Below, in pieces: positions 39,350 to 50,259 of a stretch of DNA of 64,000 nucleotides (positions within the stretch are counted from its first letter, which is position 1; each line of letters begins with the position of its first letter). The notes under the pieces are model-generated. The model saw only the letters and a program-made list of their open reading frames with translations, did no database searches and was not told the DNA's origin. Both the position numbers and the translations under genes were made by a program. Origin of the DNA: an uncultured delta proteobacterium (lineage in GTDB: Bacteria; Desulfobacterota; Binatia; UBA9968); contig CAVSHR010000005.1 of the NCBI GenBank assembly GCA_963727625.1, positions 288,001 through 352,000 on the forward strand. Direction: 5' to 3'.

Positions 39350-40183
39350 CTAGCCGACCGCGCGTTCGGTCTCTTTCCAAATCGCCAGCCGGCGTTCAAG
39401 CCATTGGGAACCTCGAATCAAGACGATCCCCAAGCACGCCAGCACGACGATCACCACAAACATTTTTGCGGTTTCGAAGATATTGCCGTAGAGCGACAAC
39501 ATGGCGCCGAGGCCGGTGATCGCGGTGAACAGCTCGGCGATGATCATACCCACCAGCGCGCGGCCGACCGCGATGCGCACGCCGGCCATGATAAAAGGCA
39601 GCGCCGCCGGACAAATCACTTTGAAAAGGATCTGGCGCGGCCGCGCCAGATAGGCGCGCGCCACTTCCACCATCGCGGCGCTGACGTTTTTCGCCCCGCT
39701 TGCAGTGTTGATCAGAATCGGGAAAAAGGCGAAGAGAAAAACCACCGAGACCTTGACGCTGAAGCCGAGGCCGAGCCACATCATCAGCAGCGGCGTGAGC
39801 GCAACCTGCGGTGTGGCATAAAGCGCGTTGATCAGCGGCTCGAAAAACGCCTCGACGGTGCGTGACATGCCCAACACCAGACCCAGAGCGACGCCGAGAA
39901 TCAGCGAAGCGAAAAAACCCGCCGCCAGCGCGCTCAAGCTCACCGCCAGTTGTTTAATCAGCTCGCCGCTGGCGACCAGCTTGACGAAAGCGGCCGCGAC
40001 GGCGCTCGGATAAGTGAAAAGGATCGGATCGATCTGGCGCCCGAAATATTCCCAAACCAGCATGAAAATCGTCACCGACCCCAGGCGAATGAGATTCGGA
40101 TGATCGTAGATCGACCAGCGCCGCTCGCGCCGCAGCCCCAACTCTTCGATAATCTGCTCGTTGGTAGGCAGCGCCATCATCAA
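39350..40183 (-). CDS. NitT/TauT-family ABC permease (paralogue)
   Basis: Same motif set (ATPQVAL, PAALPFIMAG, AELF). Confidence 0.93.
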   Translation of the reverse strand: MMMALPTNEQIIEELGLRRERRWSIYDHPNLIRLGSVTIFMLVWEYFGRQIDPILFTYPSAVAAAFVKLVASGELIKQLAVSLSALAAGFFASLILGVALGLVLGMSRTVEAFFEPLINALYATPQVALTPLLMMWLGLGFSVKVSVVFLFAFFPILINTASGAKNVSAAMVEVARAYLARPRQILFKVICPAALPFIMAGVRIAVGRALVGMIIAELFTAITGLGAMLSLYGNIFETAKMFVVIVVLACLGIVLIRGSQWLERRLAIWKETERAVG

Positions 40184-40941
40184 CCCCGCAGCGATTCGCG
40201 CAGGCGCGCGCGCAATCGGGCGAAGCGCGGATCGGCCTTGACGTCGCCTTCCCAGCGCGGCCGCGGCAAATCGACGGTCAATTCCTCCCTGATGCGGCCG
40301 GGCCGCGCCTGCATCACCACGACGCGGTCGGAAAGATAAATCGCCTCATCGATGCTGTGGGTAACGAACACTACGGTGGTCTCGGTCTGGGCCCAGATCT
40401 TCAGCAGCTCTTCCTGCAGTTGCTCGCGCGTCTGCGCGTCCACCGCGCCGAAGGGTTCGTCCATGAGCAGGATCTCCGGCTTTTTCGACAGCGCGCGGGC
40501 GATGCCGACGCGCTGTTGCATGCCGCCGGAGATTTGATGTGGAAAATAGTCTTCGAAGCCTCTCAGACCGACGAGCTCGATATACTTGAGCGCGGTGGCG
40601 CGCCTTTCTTCCCGCGGCATGCCGTCGATCTCCAAACCAAACTCGACGTTGTTCACGACCGTGCGCCAGGGCAGCAGCCCGAACTGTTGAAACACCATGC
40701 AGCGGTCGTGGCCGGGCGCGGTCACGATCTCGCCGTTGACTCGAATTTCGCCCCGGTCTGCCGGAAGCAGGCCGGCGATAATGCGGATGAGCGTCGTTTT
40801 GCCGCAGCCGCTCGGACCGAGCAGCGAGACGAACTCGTTCTTTTTAATGACGAGCGAGACGTTATACAGCGCGACTAATCCCGGCCTGCTCGGATCGTTT
40901 TGCTCGAAGAAGACCTTGCTAAGCTGCCGGACCTCCAGCAT
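40180..40941 (-). CDS. NitT/TauT-family ABC ATPase
   Basis: GPSGCGKT, LLPWRTV, ISGGMQQR, MDEPFGA and VTHS motifs. Confidence 0.95.
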   Translation of the reverse strand: MLEVRQLSKVFFEQNDPSRPGLVALYNVSLVIKKNEFVSLLGPSGCGKTTLIRIIAGLLPADRGEIRVNGEIVTAPGHDRCMVFQQFGLLPWRTVVNNVEFGLEIDGMPREERRATALKYIELVGLRGFEDYFPHQISGGMQQRVGIARALSKKPEILLMDEPFGAVDAQTREQLQEELLKIWAQTETTVVFVTHSIDEAIYLSDRVVVMQARPGRIREELTVDLPRPRWEGDVKADPRFARLRARLRESLRG

Positions 40942-40985
40942 TCATCCACTCAACGAAGCCCGCGCCGCGGGAACGCCGTCAATCT

Positions 40986-41993
40986 TTATTTCCGTCCCAG
41001 TTCTTTCAGGGCGCGGTCGACGAAGCGCCGATCGAAAAACTCTTTATAGGCCATCGGGGTCTCCAGATAACCGACCTTTTTAAGAAAATCGGCGGTGAAA
41101 TTGTACGAAGCCTCGGTGATATCGCCGTTCACGCCCCAGAGCCTTTTATCGGCGAGGTCATAAGCTTTGCTCAGCACCGCCGGCGATTCGTTGGGGAGGA
41201 TTTTTTTGGCGACTTCCAGGGTGCCCGCTTTGTTAGCGAGGATCCAGCGGTTGGCTTCGATGATTCCCTTGGCGAGTTTGTAAAGCGTATCGCCGTGCTT
41301 CTGTATATACTCCACGGTCGCCATGCCGAATTCGTAGGGAATCTCCGGAACCACCTTCGGAACGTTGACCAAGTCGATGATCTCGGGATAGTTCACGAGC
41401 TTTGCCACTTCCATGTTGGTCACCACGGTGGCGTCGACTTTTCCGGCGATCAATGCTTTGAATCGATCCGCCGGCGAGCCCACCGCGACGTATTTCATTT
41501 TTTCCGGATCGATGCCGCTGCGCTCCAGAACGATGCGCGGAATATGGTACGAGATGGCCCCGATACCCGAGACCGCAACGCTCTTTCCGATCAGCGCTTT
41601 CAGCGTCGTGCCCGCTGCCTTGCGCGCCACGAAGTGGTAAGGCGTCGTCGGATTGGCCACGACCCAGAGGCGAACCGGCGCTTTTTTTGCGGCGGCGACG
41701 ATGCCCTGGGTGGCACCCATGTTGATCGACACGTCGACGTCTCCGGATAACAGTGCCTTAACGTGCGTTGCGTCGCCGCGGAACTCGACAACTTCGGCAT
41801 CGACGCCCAACTTTTTGAAAATGCCCTTCTCGATGGCCACGTAGGGCGTGATCGATTCCAAAGATGGCGGGCTCAGAGAGGAACCCATCTTGATCTTCGC
41901 GGCCTGCGCATCGCCCATGGCGGGCATGATGAAAAGCCCCAAAACCAAAGCGATGAGTCCAAATTTCCACTCCATGCGCAATTTTTTATCCAT
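40986..41993 (-). CDS. NMT1/TauA-like ABC substrate-binding protein
   Basis: Signal peptide, A-x-EKG-x-F and ALLSGDVD motifs; first gene of the ABC operon. Confidence 0.9.
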   Translation of the reverse strand: MDKKLRMEWKFGLIALVLGLFIMPAMGDAQAAKIKMGSSLSPPSLESITPYVAIEKGIFKKLGVDAEVVEFRGDATHVKALLSGDVDVSINMGATQGIVAAAKKAPVRLWVVANPTTPYHFVARKAAGTTLKALIGKSVAVSGIGAISYHIPRIVLERSGIDPEKMKYVAVGSPADRFKALIAGKVDATVVTNMEVAKLVNYPEIIDLVNVPKVVPEIPYEFGMATVEYIQKHGDTLYKLAKGIIEANRWILANKAGTLEVAKKILPNESPAVLSKAYDLADKRLWGVNGDITEASYNFTADFLKKVGYLETPMAYKEFFDRRFVDRALKELGRK

Positions 41994-42282
41994 TGTTTTT
42001 TCCTCCTAACGCGATTCTCCTTGATTGAAAAAAGGCGGCATCCCGGTTTCCTGTGAACACCTAGTCACCATAGCGACGCAGAGTACGCAGAGTTTTCAAT
42101 TTCAAAATTTTCCCGCCGCGCCCTCAATGTCCCCTCGGTTACCCATGCAGACGTCTGAAATCCCAAAAAAGGTAATTGCATCCATAACACGCCGCCGCGA
42201 CAACTTCCACAAGAACATTCAATTCTAACGGCTATGGTGACGGGCACGCGGATGGGCACCTCGCGCAGCCTGAGATCGAACC

Positions 42283-45200
42283 TTAGGAAAGCAGCAGCTC
42301 CAAATCCTCCCGTGTGAGATTGCGCAGCAGACTGTTGTCGCCGCTGATGATCGCGTCGGCGAGGTCGCGCTTGGAGCGCTGCAGCTCCAGCACCTTTTCC
42401 TCCACCGTGTCGCGCGCGATCAAACGATAAGCGAAGACCTGGCGCGTCTGGCCGATGCGGTGGGCGCGGTCGATGGCCTGGGTTTCGACGGCGGGATTCC
42501 ACCAAGGATCGAGCAAATAGACATACTCGGCGGCGTTGAGATTGAGCCCCAAGCCGCCCGCCTTCAAGCTGATTAAGAACAGCTTTGTCTCCGGATCATT
42601 TTGAAATCGATGCACCCGCGCCTGGCGGTCGCGCGTCCGGCCATCGAGATAAACGTAGGGAATTTTCAAGCCGTCGAGGCGATCGCGCACGATCGCCAGC
42701 AGGCTGGTGAATTGTGAAAACACCAGCACTTTGTGATTCTCCTCGAGCACTTGATCCAACTGCTCGAGCAAGGCGTCGATCTTGGCGCTGGGCTCCTTCA
42801 GTTTGTCCTTGTCGATCAGGCCCGGATGACAAGACGCCTGGCGCAAGCGCAACAACGCTTCGAGGACTTGAAACTTGAATCGCCCGCTCCCCTTCTCCGC
42901 GGCAGCCTTGAGCAAACGGGCGCGGTAGTAGTCACGCAGCTCGTCATAAAGCCGCCGCTCGCGCCCTTCGAGGTCGCAGTAAAGCGTTTGCTCGGTCTTG
43001 GCCGGCAGTTCCTTGGCAACCTGCGCCTTGGTCCGGCGCAAGATAAACGGCCGCAGCGCGCGCGCCAGGACGGCGCGCGTGGCCTCGTCGGGATTGCGGC
43101 CGACGCCGCCGAAGACCGAAGCGCCGCCGAGCATGCCGGGATTGAGAAACTCGAACAGGCTCCAGAGCTCGCCCAGATGATTTTCCACCGGCGTGCCGCT
43201 AAGCGCCAGGCGATGCTCAGCGTTGATCAAGCGCGCCGCTTTCGCCGACAGGGTGTTGGCGTTCTTGATCGCCTGGGCCTCGTCGAGCACACAGTATTTA
43301 AAGCGCAGGTTTTTGAAATGCAGCGCGTCGCGCGCCAGCGTGCCGTAAGTCGTCAGCACCAGCTCATAGTCCTCGAAGTGCGCGCCCGGGTGGCGCCGGC
43401 CGACGCCGGAGTGATCAAAAATTTTTAGCTCCGGCGCAAAGCGCGCCGCCTCCTCCTGCCAGTGAAACAACAGCGAGCGCGGCACGACGACCAGGGAAGC
43501 GCGCGGCGCCTGTTTGAAATCGGCGCCGCGCTGCGCTTCCAACAGCGCCAGCACTTGAATAGTCTTACCCAAACCCATGTCGTCGGCGAGACAGCCGCCC
43601 AGATGGAAGCGCTGGAGGAATTGCAGCCAGCCCAGCCCTTCGCGCTGGTAATCGCGCAGTGTGCCGCGAAAGCTCGGTGCGGCATCGGCGGCTTCAACCC
43701 CGGCAAAACCGCGCAGCTGATTGCGCACGCTCTCGAAGACCGCATCGACGCGCAGCGCAGACTCATCGGCGAGCAAGAGATCGAGCAGGCCCGCCTGTGG
43801 CCGCGTGAAGCGCAGCCGATCGCCGTCGAGTTCGCCGAGCCCGGCGAGCAAACGGTACTTGGCAAGCCATTCCTCGGGAATGATCCCGAAGCTGCCGTCG
43901 TCCAGGCGCACGGTCTGTTCGCCATGGCGGATCGCGCGCAACAGCTTGGGCAGCGACACGCCGGCGCCGTCGAACTCCGCGCCGCCGTCGAGATCGAACC
44001 AGTCGACGCCGGAGTTGATTTCCAGCCGTACCGCCACTGCGTTGCGGTAAAGCTTGCCATTTGCCTCGACTCGCCAACCCTCTTGGGTCAACACCCGCAC
44101 CGCCCGCGGCACACGTTCGGCGCCAATCTCCAAGACGCCGTCGCGCGGCGGCAATCCATCACGGAATCCGAGCTGCGCCAGACGGGTTTTTGCCGCTTCT
44201 TCGGCTTGCTGATCACGCTGGACGACGCGCCGTTCGCCTTTCTGGTAAACGTTTTGCGATGCCGGATTTGCCGCGATCATGCTGCCATCGTAGTCGAAGG
44301 CCAAATCGCCGGTGACAAAATCCTGCCCCCACGGGTCGCGCTTTCCTGCTTTGATCGTCAGATTGGGCTTGGGCGAAACGGCGATGACATCGAAACGCAA
44401 CTCTTCCGGCAGATCGAGCGCGGGTTGGCGCGGCAAACGAATCAATTGATCCAAAAACTCGTCCGCTTCTCCCTTGGCGAAAAACAAACCCTGGCGCGCG
44501 CGCAGCAAATTAATCCACGCGAAGGCGCCGAAATCGTTGAGCCGTGCGATCCGGCCGCTGTAAACAACCAAGCCGCCGGCGACCAGCAGGGCCGGCTGCG
44601 CCAAGCTCATTTCAACGCCGTAGCGCCGCAACAGCCCGGTCAAACAATACTGTCTCTTGCTGTCGGCCGGAGCGATACGCAGACAGAGCTCCCACGCGCC
44701 GCCGTCGTCCCACTGGAGCGTTTCAATTTTCCCGCCGGCCGCGGCTTGACGTAGCCCGCAGCGTCCGGTGCCGCACATGAGCGGCAAAATCACCTCCCAC
44801 AGCGCCGGCGCGAGGACAAATTCGCCGCCGGCCGCGCCATAGGCGTAAGACGAATAGACGTAGCCCGGCTGATCCTGCGCGCCGAGCAGCGTCGCCAGAA
44901 TACGTCGGTCGGAGGCGTCACTGAGCGGCACGAGATCGCCGCGGCTGAGCTTCTTGAATTTGATTTTACCCCAGTTTCCGTCGAGCTTGCGCTCACTCAA
45001 CCCCACCTGAAGCCTGAGCTCACCGTTGGCGGCCATGTTTTGAGAGTCGATAAAATAGTGCAACTGGCGCTCCGCTCTATGAGCGACGACGGCGTGCTCT
45101 TCCGCCGCAATCAACTGTCCGCGCAGGAGCAGCAGCTGCTGCTTCCAGCTCGCGATCAACGAAGGCTTACCCGCGCCGCTGCCCGGCGATCTCGTTTTTC

Positions 45201-45537
45201 CGGGACGCTGCCCGGCAACGCCGCGCAGATGCGGCGCCGCGACGGCATTGAGTCCGGCCAAAAGGCCGCTCTGCTCCGCGGCGAGTAGCGCCGCCCAAAT
45301 ATGCTTGCAGGGATCGCGGTCTCTTTCGAAAAAAGGACAGGTACAGGAGACGTTCACCACGTGCTTTTCGATGGCGACCTGAACGTCATAGAGGCGCGTG
45401 CCTTGAACGCCGGCGTACAGCGACGCTGGGCCGCCGTCCATAAAACTTACCGCGCCGTGCTGGAAGTAACGCCGGCCGCGCTCCTGCGACAGGCGATCGA
45501 CCTGGTTGAAAAAACGCGCGGTGAAAGAGTCACTCAT
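42283..45537 (-). CDS. SWIM zinc finger - SNF2 family ATPase
   Basis: CTCP...CKH SWIM motif; LADDMGLGKT, DEAQ, SGTP-x-EN, LRRTK, SLKAGG-x-GLNL and QA-x-DRAHRIGQ motifs. Confidence 0.96.
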   Translation of the reverse strand: MSDSFTARFFNQVDRLSQERGRRYFQHGAVSFMDGGPASLYAGVQGTRLYDVQVAIEKHVVNVSCTCPFFERDRDPCKHIWAALLAAEQSGLLAGLNAVAAPHLRGVAGQRPGKTRSPGSGAGKPSLIASWKQQLLLLRGQLIAAEEHAVVAHRAERQLHYFIDSQNMAANGELRLQVGLSERKLDGNWGKIKFKKLSRGDLVPLSDASDRRILATLLGAQDQPGYVYSSYAYGAAGGEFVLAPALWEVILPLMCGTGRCGLRQAAAGGKIETLQWDDGGAWELCLRIAPADSKRQYCLTGLLRRYGVEMSLAQPALLVAGGLVVYSGRIARLNDFGAFAWINLLRARQGLFFAKGEADEFLDQLIRLPRQPALDLPEELRFDVIAVSPKPNLTIKAGKRDPWGQDFVTGDLAFDYDGSMIAANPASQNVYQKGERRVVQRDQQAEEAAKTRLAQLGFRDGLPPRDGVLEIGAERVPRAVRVLTQEGWRVEANGKLYRNAVAVRLEINSGVDWFDLDGGAEFDGAGVSLPKLLRAIRHGEQTVRLDDGSFGIIPEEWLAKYRLLAGLGELDGDRLRFTRPQAGLLDLLLADESALRVDAVFESVRNQLRGFAGVEAADAAPSFRGTLRDYQREGLGWLQFLQRFHLGGCLADDMGLGKTIQVLALLEAQRGADFKQAPRASLVVVPRSLLFHWQEEAARFAPELKIFDHSGVGRRHPGAHFEDYELVLTTYGTLARDALHFKNLRFKYCVLDEAQAIKNANTLSAKAARLINAEHRLALSGTPVENHLGELWSLFEFLNPGMLGGASVFGGVGRNPDEATRAVLARALRPFILRRTKAQVAKELPAKTEQTLYCDLEGRERRLYDELRDYYRARLLKAAAEKGSGRFKFQVLEALLRLRQASCHPGLIDKDKLKEPSAKIDALLEQLDQVLEENHKVLVFSQFTSLLAIVRDRLDGLKIPYVYLDGRTRDRQARVHRFQNDPETKLFLISLKAGGLGLNLNAAEYVYLLDPWWNPAVETQAIDRAHRIGQTRQVFAYRLIARDTVEEKVLELQRSKRDLADAIISGDNSLLRNLTREDLELLLS

Positions 45538-45659
45538 AGAATTTGCTTAACGTAGCGTCGGCGAAAAGTCTAATCCGCGCGGCGCGCGCAGCGAATTCGT
45601 TGACAAGCCGACAAACTCCGTGCGAGAAGATCCGTAGACAATTCGCCGCGGAGGCAGCC

Positions 45660-46700
45660 ATGAACCAGACTAAGACCAAGAGCCGCATCATCGACGCCGA
45701 CGGCCATGTGCGCGAGACCGATGAAGAAATCATCGAGTACATGTCCGCCGGCTACCGCGCGCGACGCGACGCCATGCTTTATTTTCCGCTGACTCCGCAC
45801 CATGGCTGGCATCGCTCGATCCCGGCCAACGATTTTCGCCACCAGGACTTCCGCGTGCCCGACTGGCGCGAGTGGGTGAGCAAGCTCGACGAGGGCAATT
45901 TCCAGCTGACCGTGCTCTACCCCACGCGTCTCATGCATATCGGCCAAATCGGCAATCCGCCCTACGCGGTGGAGCTTTGCCGCGCCTATAACGACTATCT
46001 CCATGACAAGTTTCTGTCCCACGATCGCCGTTTCCGAGGCATGGCGCTGTTGCCGCTGCAAGATCCCGCCGCCGCGGTGAAAGAGCTGCGCCGGACTGTC
46101 AAAAAATACGGCGTGGTCGGGGGCATCTTGCCCGCCGACGGCCTGCCGCTGCCGCTGGGCCACCGGCAATATTGGCCGATCTATCAAGAAGCCGACAAAC
46201 TCGGCTGCGCCCTGTCGGTGCACTCGTGCAACTCGCTGCGCGACAACGATCGCTATCTCGTGCCCAACGAAGCGGCGACCTTGACCCACGTGATCCCGCA
46301 GATGCGCCAGTTCACCAACATCATGTTTTCCGGCGTGATGAATAGGTTGAAAAAGCTCAAGCTCGGCTTTCTCGAAGCCGGCTGCGGCTGGGTGCCGTTT
46401 TTGATCAGCAAGATCGAAGAACGCTTAGAGCGCGTCGCGCCGAAAGAGCGACCCGTGTTGCCGAGCGAGTTGCTGGCGCAAAAACGCCTCTATTTTCAAT
46501 GCGGCGAAGAGGTCACGACCAAGCGCGATATCGAACTGCTCGGCGACGACTGCTTGCTTTGGGCTTCGGATTTCCCCCACGAAGCCACCCGCACCGACAT
46601 GCGTGTGCTGGTCAAAGAGCACTTCGATCGCAAAGACCTAACGCCCCAGGCCAAGCGCAAAGCCATCTTCGACAACGCCAAACGGTTTTACCGGCTCTAA
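45660..46700 (+). CDS. amidohydrolase_2 family protein
   Basis: IIDADGH, LYPT, FLEAGCGW and WASDFPH motifs; RBS GGAGG. Confidence 0.92.
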   Translation: MNQTKTKSRIIDADGHVRETDEEIIEYMSAGYRARRDAMLYFPLTPHHGWHRSIPANDFRHQDFRVPDWREWVSKLDEGNFQLTVLYPTRLMHIGQIGNPPYAVELCRAYNDYLHDKFLSHDRRFRGMALLPLQDPAAAVKELRRTVKKYGVVGGILPADGLPLPLGHRQYWPIYQEADKLGCALSVHSCNSLRDNDRYLVPNEAATLTHVIPQMRQFTNIMFSGVMNRLKKLKLGFLEAGCGWVPFLISKIEERLERVAPKERPVLPSELLAQKRLYFQCGEEVTTKRDIELLGDDCLLWASDFPHEATRTDMRVLVKEHFDRKDLTPQAKRKAIFDNAKRFYRL

Positions 46701-46736
46701 AATTCAACTCGTTTAAATAGTTCAAGCCGTTCAAAA

Positions 46737-46801
46737 CGCTCAGACCCCTCCTTACATCCTCCCCCGCGTCGCGGGGGAGGATGTAAGGAGGGGTCTGAGC
46801 G
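46737..46801. repeat. perfect 65-bp palindrome between convergent genes, flanked by TTGAAC-type arrays
   Basis: Two 32-bp perfectly complementary arms around a single T at 46769. Confidence 0.95.
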
Positions 46802-46864
46802 GAGCGATTGAACGGAGCGTAGCGGTTGAACGATTTGAACGCGTTCCTAGTCCGAACTTCGTTC

Positions 46865-47866
46865 CTATTGTTGCAGACTTTTGATAAACCCACTCTTAAC
46901 GATTTCGCGTACGAGCCGGCCGTCGGCGAAATCTTCCGGTTTGGCGCCCTTCGCCTTCGGATTGGTTTTTTCCACCACTTGAATCAGACTCGCGACACCG
47001 GGCAGCGATGGATACGGCGGGATCGCGAAGTTCGACTTAACGATCATGTCGTAGCTTTCGTCCAGCACCTCGCGATCGTTGGTGCGGAACATTTTAGCCA
47101 TCGCCTTGAGGGCGAACGCTTTGTCCTTTTGAGCGCGCACCGTGCCTTCGATGTAAGCGCGTAGAAAGCGTCTGACGGTATCCTCGTTGCTCTTGAGAAA
47201 GTGCCGCGTCGTGACCACACCGTTGATATGATACTCGGCGTCAAGCTTGGACATATCCAATAATTCTTTAAACTTGACCTTCTTCGCTTGCAGCGTCGCC
47301 GGCGGCGTTAGTGCCGCGGCTTGAACCTTGCCGGTTGTCATTGCGGCGATCGTCTCAGCCGGTCCGCCGGTTTGCACCATCGTGATGTCGTGCTCGGGAT
47401 CGATGCCATGGAGCCGAAGCGCGAAACGCGATGCGAGATCCGATAGCGAACCGAAGCGCGTGGTGCCGAAGACTTTGCCTTTGAGATCCTCCATCCGGCC
47501 GATCTCCGGCCGGCCGTAGATCCAAAATACAAATTTACGCACGATGGTGGCGACGATCACCGTGTCGGCGCCGGAGAGATTGGCCCGGATCGACGCGGCC
47601 CCGCCCAGCTGAAGCACCGGCAGCTCGCCTGAGAGCATCGCTTGCAGCGCCAGAGAGCTGCCGGGAATGCTGATCGAATCGACATCGAGCCCATGCTTTT
47701 CATAGTAGCCCCCTTCTTTGGCAAGCCACATGGGCAACTGCGTCGCCGAAGCCGAGCCGCCGCCGATGCGAAGTTTCTCCAACTTTTTTTCCTGGCCGCG
47801 CGCAGGATTGAATAGGCAGACGCTTAGCGCGAACACTATACAAATCTTAACACCCCATCTCCTCAT
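46865..47866 (-). CDS. orphan NMT1/TauA-like substrate-binding protein
   Basis: Signal peptide after RBS AGGAG; A-x-E-x-GYY-x-KHGLD and DLKGK motifs. Confidence 0.9.
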   Translation of the reverse strand: MRRWGVKICIVFALSVCLFNPARGQEKKLEKLRIGGGSASATQLPMWLAKEGGYYEKHGLDVDSISIPGSSLALQAMLSGELPVLQLGGAASIRANLSGADTVIVATIVRKFVFWIYGRPEIGRMEDLKGKVFGTTRFGSLSDLASRFALRLHGIDPEHDITMVQTGGPAETIAAMTTGKVQAAALTPPATLQAKKVKFKELLDMSKLDAEYHINGVVTTRHFLKSNEDTVRRFLRAYIEGTVRAQKDKAFALKAMAKMFRTNDREVLDESYDMIVKSNFAIPPYPSLPGVASLIQVVEKTNPKAKGAKPEDFADGRLVREIVKSGFIKSLQQ

Positions 47867-48007
47867 CTTCTTGGTTCTCCTTTTCTTATTCTTGGCGGTC
47901 AACAATTCATACCTGCGAATTCTTTGCTCACGCTTGTAGCACAAATTTTCACCGATGGGCCAACCGGATCAACTTTTTCTTAGTCGTTAAAATACACACC
48001 CGCCCAT

Positions 48008-48690
48008 TCAATCCGCCATCTCAGCTCCTAAACCCAACGCTCGCTGGCGCTCCAGCCCATAAGCGATGCCGGCTAACACAAAGTAAGAAACCAGCGCCGA
48101 CAGCGCTGCCCCCCGCATTGAGGGTAACGGTGGAGCGAAGGAAACGAAGGCAAGCAATCCGAGCAGCACGAAACTAAACGCCATCATGCCGTAGCGGCCT
48201 ACGGAGCTCAACGGTTTAGTTGTACCCAGGTAAAACAGCAGGCCGACATAAAGCAGACCTACTTCCAGTGCCAAGGCCGCGGCGGGGAAATAATAGAAAC
48301 CAAGACCAACTTTAAAGGTGTCCGCGTACAAGGGCAAATTTGCACGATGCACGATAAAATCAAGGACCCAGTGAGAGAACACGACCAGACCGACGGTCGT
48401 TGCTGCCTGCCATGTGTGCTGCTTGGTGATTAACCCATAACCGGCCGACGCCGCAATCGACCAGAGAATCACCGCAACTAAACTATGGGTGTAGGGCATG
48501 TAGTAAAAGTCCAGCGGATTGATCGGCGTAATACCCGGAACAATGCGCGCCTTCTCGATACCCAAGAGGACAAAATGGCCCACACGACATCGACCAACTG
48601 CGCGGCAAGAAAAAGCACCCACAACGGAATCGACTTATCAATCGCTTTGGCGAAATAGCTGATCCCGTAATGACCCACCACCATAGGCAT
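48008..48690 (-). pseudogene. membrane-bound metal-dependent hydrolase-like protein, -1 frameshift in a T run near 48575
   Basis: MVVGHY...QLVD.. joins VLLGIE...PYTHSL...SHWVLD-x-x-VH when one T is restored. Confidence 0.8.
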
Positions 48691-48839
48691 TCCTAAATTC
48701 TCGCTGAGCGCTATGCGTCCGGCGCACTCAACTGCGTTGTCAGTGAGCTAATGACGACAACAATTTAGTCTTTAGCATTGCAGAGTTATTCCGGCCAGTC
48801 TAAATTGCCCTAACACAATCTCTCCACCGAGCGCTCGAT

Positions 48840-50259
48840 ATGGAAGAGTTTCGAGAAATCCCCACGCCGCAAATCAACGGCACGTCGGTGGAGCCGATGC
48901 GCGGCATCGGCTCATGGGGGTGGTACTTGCGGTTTTGGCGCGACCCGATCGATTGCATTGCGACAATCTATCGGCGCTTCGGTCCACTGTTCGTGCTCGC
49001 CGAGCCGAAATGGATTCGTCGGCCGCACCGACTTCACGTGCTGGCCATCGGGCCGCCGTACAACCGCCTGGTCCTAGGGCAGCCGGCGCGATTCGGCGTT
49101 GCGCCGCTTGCGTCGCGGCCTGGCCGGTGTCAACGGCGAGCGCCACCGCAAACAACGGCATACGATCCTGCCGCCGTTTCAAAAAGCGGCGGTGAACGAT
49201 TACGTCCCTGCAATGGCCGCAATCATCGACCGCTCTCTCGATAGCTGGGCCATCCACCGGCCCATCGACATGCACCAGCTGATGCGCCGGCTCTCCCTTA
49301 CACTTTCCAGCCGTTTTTTGTTCGGCACTGATGACGTAGAGCGCTCGACAAGGCTCAGCACAGCTCTAGAAAACTTTCTCGGCCAAGCGGCAGCCCATGG
49401 CGCCTCAATTATTCCGGTGAACCTGGCCGGCCTTCCCTACCGGCGCATGCTCAAATGCGCCGAGGAGCTGGAACGGTTGATTCAAGAGATGATCGAGATT
49501 AAACGCCGCGCCGATAACGCCGGCCGCGACGTGTTATCGATCATGGTACGCGCTTGCACGCAAGACGACCCAGCGTTCACCGAAGCCGAGCTGCCCGGTC
49601 ACACGGTCTTCATGTTTGGCGCCAGCTACGAGACCGCCGCCGATGCCATGGGTTGGACTTTGTTCTTGTTGGCGCAGCACCCCGATGTGGCGTTGCAGTT
49701 GCTCGACGAGCTGGACGCCGCTCAGCTGAGTGATCTGCCGACATTGGATGAACTGGACGCTCTACCGCTGCTCAACGCCGTGATCGACGAGTCCATGCGC
49801 CTCTTGCCGCCCGTGCCCTACACCGTCCGCACCGCGACGATGCCGACCGAGCTGGACGGCGTGATGCTCAAGCGCGGCGATCGCGTCGTGATCAGCCACT
49901 ACATGACCCAGCATCTGCCCGAGCTTTACCCCGAGCCGAATCGATTCCTGCCGGAGCGTTGGTTCAATCTTAAAGCCGATCCATACAGCTATCTACCGTT
50001 TAGCGCCGGCCCGAGGCTCTGCGTCGGCTACCACTTTGCCATGGCGGAGATTCGCCTGGCGCTTTTGAAAATCATTCGCCGCTTTCGCTTGACCGTGATC
50101 CCAGGCTCGCGCATCGATCGCAAGGTGCGCGTAACCATGAATCCCACCTTCGGCCTGCCGATGATGCTCCATTGTCAGGACCGCGCATTCAAAACCTCAC
50201 CGGTGACCGGGCAGATTCACGAAATGGTGGATTTGCCCGCGCCGCCGAACGGAACGTAG
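48840..50259 (+). pseudogene. cytochrome P450 split near 49090
   Basis: C-terminal ORF (49099-50259) has ASYETAA (I-helix), ESMR, PERW and FSAGPRLCVG. The N-terminal part (F-x-RDP...YRRFGP) is in another frame. Confidence 0.85.

Noticed and set aside
48692-48750. Weak attC-like hairpin upstream of the membrane hydrolase gene
   Set aside because: Core sites deviate from RYYYAAC/GTTRRRY; single degenerate instance.
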